Source: Schizochytrium sp. TIO01 | Lineage: Eukaryota > Protista > Bigyra: Labyrinthulomycetes | Assembly: GCA_004764695.1 (NCBI GenBank) | Contig: SMSO01000014.1 | Location: 6,996,029 to 7,060,028, forward strand | Reading direction: 5' to 3' | DNA length: 64,000 nt | Shown: piece after piece, positions 56,501 to 64,000 of the stretch | Numbering within the stretch: position 1 is the stretch's first letter | Layout: each line of letters begins with the position of its first letter | Program-made: the position numbers and the translations under genes | The notes under the pieces: generated by a model | Database searches by the model: none | What the model was told of the DNA's origin: nothing | The model's input: the letters and a program-made list of their open reading frames with translations, nothing else

Positions 56501-57183
56501 TCTTGGGCACGCTGCGAAGAAGAGCTATCGCTCAAGGCTCGTGAGATAGCATCCATCGTAGGGGGGATCGAGTTTTCGAGGTGGCTTCGAAGATCTTGAG
56601 GCCGCTCGGCACTTAAGGCAACCTGACAGAGGGCTTCTGCAGCGAAGAGCTGTGTTTCGAGCTCCTGGGTTTGCTGCACGCACTGGCTGAGGACGTCAGC
56701 AACCTTACGGATTTCTGGCTTGACGAGTTCGAAGCAGAATTCTGAGAGTTTGCCAAGAAGAAATAAGAGCACAACACGCTTTTCAGAGTTTGTTTGCGGA
56801 ACGGAATCGATAGCCCATCCAACAATCTTGCCGTTGCGCGCAAGCTCTTGAGCAGGCATTACAACGATAGCGTGAACAGCCATCATGCCGAGGCGTACAT
56901 TAGACTCACGTTCAACCAGTTCAAGAAGGCCTTTAGATACACCGTTCTTCACATGTGATGCCACATTTTGCCATGCCTCCCCACGAATTGCGCGGCGCAG
57001 CAAAACGAGAGCAAGATGGCGGCTAGGCAAATCCACACTTGAGGATGATGCGCTTTCCACGAGCGAGGAAACTACGCGACTAGGGTCAGACTTGAGCATA
57101 TCATTGTAGGCTGCCTCTGCCTGGCTTCGTGTGCCATTCTCTGGCGAGAGTAAGGCCGCGAGAACTTGCACAAACTCAACCAT
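53584..57183 (-). CDS. IPO5: Importin-5 (karyopherin beta-3, Pse1/Kap121 family)
   Basis: 1199-aa HEAT-repeat protein. N-terminal LLSPENGTRSQAEAAYN; FYDDLVPGIK; LRGAAMSCIAAIAEAVGKERFQKDA; LGDDFVPYLPHVLP; C-terminal LYDDIIEYGG...QSAIYGLG...TENAVSVLGKI...WLQNLPLSEDLDEA. Confidence 0.92.
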   Translation of the reverse strand: MVEFVQVLAALLSPENGTRSQAEAAYNDMLKSDPSRVVSSLVESASSSSVDLPSRHLALVLLRRAIRGEAWQNVASHVKNGVSKGLLELVERESNVRLGMMAVHAIVVMPAQELARNGKIVGWAIDSVPQTNSEKRVVLLFLLGKLSEFCFELVKPEIRKVADVLSQCVQQTQELETQLFAAEALCQVALSAERPQDLRSHLENSIPPTMDAISRALSDSSSSQRAQDQGSRMLDALDSLSGKCMWAFDKELGASCMSLLQLTDKSALEDGTRCQTLQLFVELARKRSKLALGGDAGFVDNLVKLLLRLQCEDEDWLDDWTEDFHPSAADMLLVLNPGMRGSALSALETLAASISADADKEAFLKAVFHAVGPALQSSSAAERLAAISTIGVLAESLGKQLLASVSELFSSVQHLFADGDQRVRFMALATLRELVLSPGLKGAFCGENAELGGAVLMTLLNALDPQNDAVARSSNAVRSCACRGLEAFLDEEICPTEKIQAAETQRIIGALVVCLQNGSVGLQEDAMMALGRVAGVAGAGFGAFYDDLVPGIKQVIAAPAGQAPVQMRGAGEEQEARGGGALRGAAMSCIAAIAEAVGKERFQKDADEVMSLLLQSSAEDYMAQDGIFDFCKRVSVVLGDDFVPYLPHVLPMIYRALNMDVGLKMQDVLAGDQDGEGGMSSASAAVAALESGMLEDSNGLATVTHEVRGSGTYRVTANVYVLQMRVNALDALDSIADSVGAGMSPFLEEALSVVLPAINDKLNVYAAVKAAEGGASLLHAAWKSLFEQGHSMEPAQKILVTICTALLSGLEQASQDETGEDPLEHSSGPEHRAGFASAFERCMRICWYSGGEDYDEESGRPKPELVPPLQLVPQMVNVLRSVAARSVQRRAEAVMRMQNAGYEEDAIEEYMEELNEWETEFMTDIVDSIGYILKMTGPMVIPVFDQILHPFLSILLVDQNETLRHNAMCLYDDIIEYGGEGAHKYLNSCYPAMVQNAQSENELLQQSAIYGLGQVAEHAQQHFKADAGRIVQLLSAIVNRPDARDEENLDVTENAVSVLGKIYLYHKQNVDGKAVMQTWLQNLPLSEDLDEAKYSHGLLVKLVNANDDGVIGPNQSNIPQLLRIVSSLLATVIHNEQVADSDDADDSEVKEIVNKSTEEALPKVAAALLKSVADPQQRSMLISQLPQESQEALRTSDLI

Positions 57184-57990
57184 CTCTGCAAGGAATCTAT
57201 TGGTCTTCCTTCAGAATGTCTATGCTGCAAGTTGTTAGAGACTGATTGCTTTGGCTGCTTTTTGCAAGAACGAAACTCTGCGAGTTTCGCAGTGTAGGAT
57301 TCGACCCAAGCTCCAAATCAACAATGCGTGCACAGCGTCGCGCACGATCCGTGACACGCTCACTATTCCTCTTGCGACCCGCCGCGGTCGAGTTTCCGTT
57401 CTGCTTACTCACTTGCTGTTTGCGAGCAAGCAAAATAGTTTTGTTTCCTCGCTCTCTTTCTCTTTCTTCGATTTCTTTGTCTCTCATAGTCTCTCTATTT
57501 AAAGGTCTCCTAGGCGTTGAGTAGGAGTGGTTTAGTCACTGCTTAGGAGGCTCGCAGTTAGGTTATCCCAGACTAACGACCATCCTTCCTTTAAAGAGCT
57601 CAGCGAAAGATGAAGATCAATATGGTTCAATTGATCGAGAGATCGATGAATATTCCTGCGCAAGCTGGCCATTCGAGAAAGTAACGGCTGGGCGTCTGGA
57701 TTACTGACTCTATGCGCATGAATTAACGGGAGATGGGTAAACGCAGGTCGCAAAGTTTTGTGTTGGCAGCTTTCGAACGAGAAGGTTCATCGATACTTAG
57801 CGAATTTCTCAAAGTAGGAAAGAAGAGCTCAAAACAGTGTTGAAGTTGGAAACCGGTTCAAGTTAGTTGTACATGTTCAAAGGAGAAAAGAATATAGATT
57901 TTTCTTGCCTAGTATGGAAATGATAGAGAGAGGAAGTCCTATGTTACTGTGCTTTCTACTTCATGCTGTTGTGGATGTTTGTTTGTAAGC

Positions 57991-59133
57991 TTAGCTTGAC
58001 TGGGGAGGGCTCAAGCAAAGACCTTGACTGCCTTCATCGGTCTCAAGCGTCCGAAAGTCCTGGGAGCCATAAGGAACATCAAACTTGTAGACCTTCCAGT
58101 CGAAGAAGAGTCCGTACTTGGATTTGTTATTCTGAGAGTAAGTGCATGTTGCCTGAAGGTAAACACTGTCACCATTAGGAAAGGTATGACTAGCCGCAAA
58201 GACGTCGCCAGATTTTGTACAAGATGAAGAATCGATCACTTCATCACCAAAGTGAATGGCATAAGTACGGCCAGTGTTTTTGGTCTCGATGAAAATGTCA
58301 AAGCCGGTAATATCGTGCTCCTCATCATAAGTTGTGTTGCCAGTGATTTCGTAGACAGTAAAATTTTCTGGACCAGAGGGCTGAAGGTTGTATTTCTTGC
58401 CGAAAAAGGTGGTGATATGGGGGTCTCCCTCTCCTTGGCAAGGTTCCTGGTTCGGGCAAATGGTGTAGCACTCTGACGCAATCCAGCTCGGACCAACGGG
58501 GCTGAAAGTACCAGCGCCGCTCAAACTGCGCTCGTCGACCCCTCGAAGGCGACGTCCGTTGTTTTCACTGCTGTTATTCATTGTAGTGTTCTCAGTGGCT
58601 TCGTCATTGGCGCCCATGCATTCACCTTTAGCACCAAGGCTTTTCTCAATTTCTAAGAATGAATCTCCTCCTACTTGTGAGTCAACCTTCGTTAGTTGGA
58701 TAGCAAGGAACAAGCCAAGTTGTGGGTAATCATCAGCTTGCATGCACCAAATATAACCCTCCACATAGTCGGAGCCAGGGTTGTTGCCCAAAAGGGTGAC
58801 TCGAGTCGTACTATCTCCAGGATTCGTGCAAAGTTCTGTCGCTGTGATGTTCTCTCCATCCCAAGACATACTGTAAAAGAGCTGAAAATTGGTTCCATCC
58901 ACTGTGCGATGGGTTTGTGGAGCCCACACAGAAAAGTTGTCGATTTCGTAGATGGTGACATCTTCAATGCTCTTACTAATCTTGAACTCATCACCTGCAA
59001 AATCAATAACATGGGGATCCTGCCAGGTGTTGCATGTACCACGGCAGACTTGGTAGCAGGTATCTGCAGCGGAAGCAACTGACAGCAAGGCGATGGCAAT
59101 CATAGACTGTGCAAGCACCCTAGAGGCCACCAT
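57991..59133 (-). CDS. Secreted Cys-containing protein with two tandem VWD-like (DPH/GDPH) modules
   Basis: Signal peptide (MVASRVLAQSMIAIALLSVASA); internal duplication (C...QDPHVIDFAG and C...GDPHITTFFG, each ending in F..E...G..G.C); several N-glycosylation sequons. Confidence 0.8.
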   Translation of the reverse strand: MVASRVLAQSMIAIALLSVASAADTCYQVCRGTCNTWQDPHVIDFAGDEFKISKSIEDVTIYEIDNFSVWAPQTHRTVDGTNFQLFYSMSWDGENITATELCTNPGDSTTRVTLLGNNPGSDYVEGYIWCMQADDYPQLGLFLAIQLTKVDSQVGGDSFLEIEKSLGAKGECMGANDEATENTTMNNSSENNGRRLRGVDERSLSGAGTFSPVGPSWIASECYTICPNQEPCQGEGDPHITTFFGKKYNLQPSGPENFTVYEITGNTTYDEEHDITGFDIFIETKNTGRTYAIHFGDEVIDSSSCTKSGDVFAASHTFPNGDSVYLQATCTYSQNNKSKYGLFFDWKVYKFDVPYGSQDFRTLETDEGSQGLCLSPPQSS

Positions 59134-60170
59134 AGTTCTGAGCTATTTAGTTCGCCTTTCGTAACGTTTCTTCTTCTTGAACTAGATAGATTCTTGAGGT
59201 CGTGTATTGAGCCCTTGGTATCTATGGTATTCTTCAAGTTGCGAATGCGCTTTTGTTTGACTCTTGATTCTGTAATCTTCGAGTTGCAGGTTTGCTTCTT
59301 CGTCGAGCTTTCAGTTGATTGCAATCCCAATACTATACAATACTTGTACTCTGTTTCACTCTCAGGTGCTTGCCATCTTGGCAGCATTGATGTACCTTTA
59401 CGATCTTCACTTCCCATGTCCCAATTCAGAGCCTCTGAAGAGAGGTCATCGATGCCACACTTTCTCGCTTGCTCAGCTCTTGAATTTCCGTTCTGACACG
59501 GTAAGCTGAACTTAGGCTCTTCACGGTCCGCTGTATCTTCGCTCCACAATAACATGGCATGCTACAGCAGAAGAGAGCCCTTGGCCCTGATCGATCTTAA
59601 AATCGCCACAGGACTAGAGCTTGGACACGAAGCTTCGTCATTTCAATGCTAGCAATGTTTTTGCTCGCAAAATAGTCCAGTCCAGAAACATCTCACGGGC
59701 TCCTCGTTCAGCAACTTGGCACTTGGACTATCAAAAGCGCCTTAAATAAAATATACACAGATTATATTTTAGAGTACACTTTAAGGTAGAGTTGAAGAGA
59801 AGCGTTCCGTTCTTTGTTGTTCTTGCCGCTCGCTCTTTTTATTGAGCGATACTGCACTTGCAATAACCGGTGCGAAGAGAGCACTACATCTGAAATATCA
59901 ATTGCCGAGAAGGTCTCCATTCAGCAAAAGCGTCCATTGGCGTGGTCTTTGGTTCTGGTTGTTTATTTACACGTACTGGTAATTGCTAGGATATGAAATT
60001 GTGTTCTCGTCAAACAAAAACGAGAAGCTCAACACACTTGAACGATGGTAGCAGTCTGCTACGGCCTTGGGCCGGTGATGCCATTCCAAAAGGGTACAGA
60101 AAAGCTAAATGAGCCCAAGTTGCAAAAAGGTATTTAGAAGGTTACAGTGTATTTATTCAGGATATTTCAA

Positions 60171-63100
60171 TTAGCTTGAACCGAAAAAGTGAGCTCGATA
60201 AGCAGGGTACATGTTATCGTAACGAGGACGGCCCTCCTTGTGCTGATGCAGTTGTGCAAAAATTTGCTCAATTTCTGCAATAGTAGCTTGAGTTTCAGGG
60301 TCGCGTAAATCAGGTAAAGTTCTTGCACGCACCAAATTAGCGGCATTAGAGCTTTGAGAAGGAGGAGGAGAAGCTGCTGGCCTACGGTTAAAATGCGATC
60401 TTGTTGACGAGGGAAATCTGAATCCAGGGTCAAGAATGTTGAGCAGGCAATGAATATGATCTGTGTAGATATAGATGAGCTGGTCTGTGAGCTTTTTATT
60501 GTCGGGTTTACCAGGTTCACAACCATACCTTACAAGGCGTTTTGCCCAGTCAAAGCATTTCTTCATAGCTTCAAGGCTTGTCTCTGCGCACGGAGAATTG
60601 GGAACAAACAATTGACGACAGACTACCAAAGCTTTGGCAACTTTAGAAAGGGTCGTTCCGGCTGCCATGATAGATCGTCGTTGGTTTCCTTCGTCAAAGT
60701 ATCGTGGAAGTGGGTCTCCCATAATTTCAGACTGTGTTCGAAAGGCCTGAATCGTGTTCAGGCCTTCATAGAGGTCTTCGATAGCAGCAGATAGTTCAGA
60801 GCTAGCTGCCGAATAGGTTTCGCCCTGATCTTCAGGCGCTAGACCTTCTGGAGTCCGTAAGGAGTCCTCGTGCATCATGCTGACGATCAAATCAAGTTGC
60901 AGAAGCACTTTTCGCCAGCGTGTAATAACATTGGAGGGTTCCAGAGAGACAGCGCTTTCGAGGTGTTGCTTCGCAAGGGCTAACTTCTCTCGAGATGATG
61001 CCATTAATTCAAGGCGCTTTGCACCTGTTGAGGCCTTTTTGGACCATTTTTTCACCAAATTAGCTTGGTCATGCAAGAGATTTGCATAGTTTTTAAGTGT
61101 CCGAAAGTGGTTTGGGTCCAACGCTAAAACATCTTCATATAAAGCCGCGGCCTTTTTTATAGCTTTGCTTCTACTTGCAAAGGCTGAACGGTTATAAAAA
61201 AGAAAGTTTGCGTGTTCTTTTTTCCAATCTACATTTGATGATAGAGCATCATCTGCTTGGCTAAAGCAGTAATCTATTACTGCGCACGGATCCTCTCCCG
61301 GACCGATGGGCCCAATGGTATTACAAAACTCTTCATTACAAATTTGTAAGACATTGTCAATGTGATCTTTACTATTGTCTTTGTTAAGCCAGAAGTTCAT
61401 ATGACGTGCTGCGAGATACCAGGCCCGGCCACTCTCCTTGTTGTACTTAATTCCACTCAAGTACATACGCAAGGCTTCGCGCTTATCACCGCGGTCTTCT
61501 AGGACCATGCCAAGATTGCAACGTAAGCGCGAATCCCAAGGACATATGTCGAGTCCTGCAAGAAAACGTTCCTTTGCACGGTCCCGAGTATAGCTAGCTT
61601 CGTTCAAGCGACCAACAGTTTCGTAGAGTTTGGCGCGAATTAGAGCTTCTGTACCCTGAGCATACTCCATAATGGGCAAAAGACGTGTAGACGCTCCAAG
61701 ATCAATAAGATCACTGTCTGGCTGAAAAGGGCTTAGCAAATCAAAGCACATAACTTTGGGAGAGCTGGATCCAGGAGAGAAGTGATGGTCTAAAGCTGTA
61801 TTGCAAGCGGTCTGCATCGGTACAGAAAGTTCAATTTTGCATTTTGCTTGCACATCTGCAAACAAAAGGGCAGGTGGAAGGCAACGCTTCCACAGGCAAA
61901 CACAACAATGACAGTCAAGGAGTGGCATCATTCCCCTCTGCATTCCAATGAGGTCATTGCGTAGGTCTTTGCCTGGAAACCAAAAATTTTCTTGCAGAAA
62001 ACCATACAGTCGTGCACACCAAAAGTTTGCTCGCATTTCTGCATTTTTCTCTGTACCACTCACATCAAGCGGGTGTACAGTTGGTCGCCGATTGGGACAA
62101 TCGGGTGTGCAACAGCATCGGCACGGTCGGGGTTCACCGTCTTTCCACTGAAGACAATTTTTACATCCTCTAGTTTTTGTTTCGTGTGAAGATAAGTCAT
62201 ATTGCACAGCCTGGCATGGCGCAGCACCAAAAATAAGGTTGAGAAATGCAGTGACATGCTGCAAGTAAGGTGTAAGAATAGCGGTGCGCATAGAACGACT
62301 TCTGGCAAGGCGCATTTCTGCGCGGATGAGCTCCTTAAGAACCCGTGAAACGGCATCTAGAAGGAGAACTTGACGACACGCTTGAACTTTGCTATGATGA
62401 AAAACAAGACCAAGGAAACGCATGTTGACTCCAGCAGTGTGCAGTTCTCGGCGTATAACACGGTTAGGAAGTCCAACATTTGTGCGTGAGGGAAGGAGAT
62501 CAGATGGTGGGAGTTGGTCAAGTTCATTTGCAACTCGTGGCACAATTTCTTTCAAAAGCATTTCTGTAGCTTGGATTACATTGTCATCAAAACTTGCGTG
62601 TTCTTTGCGTCTCGATGCAAACTTTGAGAAGGCGTCACTCGAAAGGGGGAGGTGAAAACTCCGAACAAGTTCTGCTCGGAGCATGTAAATCAGATGATGT
62701 CCACGCTGATTGCTCTGTGCACCTCCAAGGCTTTCAAAGCTAGTGTACATGTTTTCTCCATTTGGTGAATCTCTAGAAACCTTGTATACGGACTGCACGA
62801 TCTTAGCAAGACGATGCGGCGGCGGTTGTGGTGGGAATAGGCGAGCAAAGTCAACAGCATAGTGGCGCACATCCTGCTGTCCGTCAGGCAGGGTCCCAAC
62901 GATACGATGAACCTCCATATCACATGGGAGGTGGATCCATCTTTCGTCTGTACTGTACTGGGTGCGCCACTGTGGAGTTACGCGAACTGGGTGTTTCGCT
63001 AGATTAAGAGATTTTGCGGCACTCTCGATTAAGCTTTTCCCAGCAAGAGCATCATCTTCCAGGTTCCTACCCCCATTACTGGATCCATAGCATAATGTTT

Positions 63101-64000
63101 CCTCACCTTTGATGGGGAGAAGAGACATGGCTACGAGTTTGTAGCCCAAGTAGCGAATGACAGCAACCAAGGGAAGCTTGAGACCAGAATTGACACAATG
63201 TAAAGCGGTGACACCTTTTAATTGATGGTTGGCTTCCTTTGATGCGAGGGCATCACCTCCGTAGAGTTTGTGACTGTCGAGAGGAAAGCGAAAAAATATA
63301 TTTCCAGCAATATACTTTTCACCTCCTGCGAATCCCCCGACCTCATTTGTAGCTGGACGAATGGATTTCTTATCATCAGGCAAGTGCTTCTCACTAATGA
63401 TGACCTTTCCATATGTTGTAGCGGCGTGCTTAAAGTCCCGCACAAGTTTTGAAAGTCGGCTGAAGGTATCTGCTTTTTTGTAAATAGTCAAATCTGGCTC
63501 AATGTCTTTAACGAGGCGTTGAAATTCTTCATCAAAGCTTGTTTCGAGATCTGCAAAGTTAAGTGCACGGCTCTTCTCCGCTTGTTCCTGGGGTATAATG
63601 GATTCCGTAGATTTTTGTCTTGAGACGTTTGTTTCTGATGAGCAGTCTTGTCTTATGAGAGGTGGAGGTGATGTGAAATTCTCCTCGGGTCCACTCTCCG
63701 GAATGTTCTCATAGTTGTTTTCTGGAGCCTGGGAGCTAATGTCTTGGACTCGTTTCTGAGGTTGCTCCAGAAGTTCGACGTTATCAAAATCATCACCACA
63801 ATCCCCACTGTGATCAGCTTCTTCTTCCAAACTGATATCAGAGTTCATGCACACATCGCTCAAATTTTCATACGCCAAGGAGTCCTGGCTAGCGTAAACA
63901 GGTTCATACGAGGCCTCAAAGTCGCCCTCCTGCTGAAAGGTCCTTTTCCACGGATCCTGACCAAGGCTCGTCTCACCCGTTGATTTTCTATCCCGGCGTT
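60171..64000 (-). CDS. Clu (clustered-mitochondria)-domain protein with C-terminal TPR-like repeats; 5' end lies beyond the window
   Basis: Clu-type motifs DFKHAATTYGKVIISE, GGFAGGEKYIAGNIFF, KEANHQLKG, PLVAVIRYLGYKLVAMSLLP, YGSSNGG, YAVDFARLFPP, LRAELV....PLSSDAFS, LHTAGVNMRFLG, then helical TPR-like repeats. I read the frame as open from 63878 to the window edge. Confidence 0.85.
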   Translation of the reverse strand, partial: RRDRKSTGETSLGQDPWKRTFQQEGDFEASYEPVYASQDSLAYENLSDVCMNSDISLEEEADHSGDCGDDFDNVELLEQPQKRVQDISSQAPENNYENIPESGPEENFTSPPPLIRQDCSSETNVSRQKSTESIIPQEQAEKSRALNFADLETSFDEEFQRLVKDIEPDLTIYKKADTFSRLSKLVRDFKHAATTYGKVIISEKHLPDDKKSIRPATNEVGGFAGGEKYIAGNIFFRFPLDSHKLYGGDALASKEANHQLKGVTALHCVNSGLKLPLVAVIRYLGYKLVAMSLLPIKGEETLCYGSSNGGRNLEDDALAGKSLIESAAKSLNLAKHPVRVTPQWRTQYSTDERWIHLPCDMEVHRIVGTLPDGQQDVRHYAVDFARLFPPQPPPHRLAKIVQSVYKVSRDSPNGENMYTSFESLGGAQSNQRGHHLIYMLRAELVRSFHLPLSSDAFSKFASRRKEHASFDDNVIQATEMLLKEIVPRVANELDQLPPSDLLPSRTNVGLPNRVIRRELHTAGVNMRFLGLVFHHSKVQACRQVLLLDAVSRVLKELIRAEMRLARSRSMRTAILTPYLQHVTAFLNLIFGAAPCQAVQYDLSSHETKTRGCKNCLQWKDGEPRPCRCCCTPDCPNRRPTVHPLDVSGTEKNAEMRANFWCARLYGFLQENFWFPGKDLRNDLIGMQRGMMPLLDCHCCVCLWKRCLPPALLFADVQAKCKIELSVPMQTACNTALDHHFSPGSSSPKVMCFDLLSPFQPDSDLIDLGASTRLLPIMEYAQGTEALIRAKLYETVGRLNEASYTRDRAKERFLAGLDICPWDSRLRCNLGMVLEDRGDKREALRMYLSGIKYNKESGRAWYLAARHMNFWLNKDNSKDHIDNVLQICNEEFCNTIGPIGPGEDPCAVIDYCFSQADDALSSNVDWKKEHANFLFYNRSAFASRSKAIKKAAALYEDVLALDPNHFRTLKNYANLLHDQANLVKKWSKKASTGAKRLELMASSREKLALAKQHLESAVSLEPSNVITRWRKVLLQLDLIVSMMHEDSLRTPEGLAPEDQGETYSAASSELSAAIEDLYEGLNTIQAFRTQSEIMGDPLPRYFDEGNQRRSIMAAGTTLSKVAKALVVCRQLFVPNSPCAETSLEAMKKCFDWAKRLVRYGCEPGKPDNKKLTDQLIYIYTDHIHCLLNILDPGFRFPSSTRSHFNRRPAASPPPSQSSNAANLVRARTLPDLRDPETQATIAEIEQIFAQLHQHKEGRPRYDNMYPAYRAHFFGSS

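Noticed and set aside
1-64000. tRNA, rRNA, intact transposase/reverse transcriptase or viral hallmark genes
   Set aside because: None recognised by eye; tRNAscan-SE, Infernal and repeat-library searches are needed to exclude them formally.

Overview
Eukaryotic nuclear DNA, not prokaryotic. It has long, apparently intron-free ORFs separated by AT-rich, microsatellite-rich spacers, and carries centriole, PAF1-complex and karyopherin genes. That style suggests a flagellated stramenopile protist, most likely a thraustochytrid/labyrinthulomycete (inference only). About 16 protein-coding loci are supported: a myristoylated PP2C phosphatase; a bacterial-type ClC lacking the gating Glu; a multi-zinc-finger protein; POC1; a 961-aa disordered S/R/Q-rich protein with an MPRIP/PEAK1-like N-terminal Cys/His motif; an SH3-PX-SH3-FKBP-villin headpiece protein; a small myristoylated protein; a NIPA-like transporter fused to an EDR2-C (DUF1336) domain; a GUP1/HHAT MBOAT; a Gpt2/Sct1-type GPAT; LRRC45 split by a 1-nt frameshift; an ARK-like kinesin; CDC73; importin-5; a secreted double-(G)DPH protein with an RRLR-DER linker; and a 5'-truncated Clu-domain/TPR protein. 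I recognised no rRNA, tRNA, CRISPR or intact transposon. The best leads are the unusual domain fusions, the tandem autoproteolytic secreted protein, the three-gene lipid neighbourhood, the LRRC45 frameshift and a densely self-complementary ~190-nt intergenic island. All family calls come from reading motifs by eye; no searches were run.
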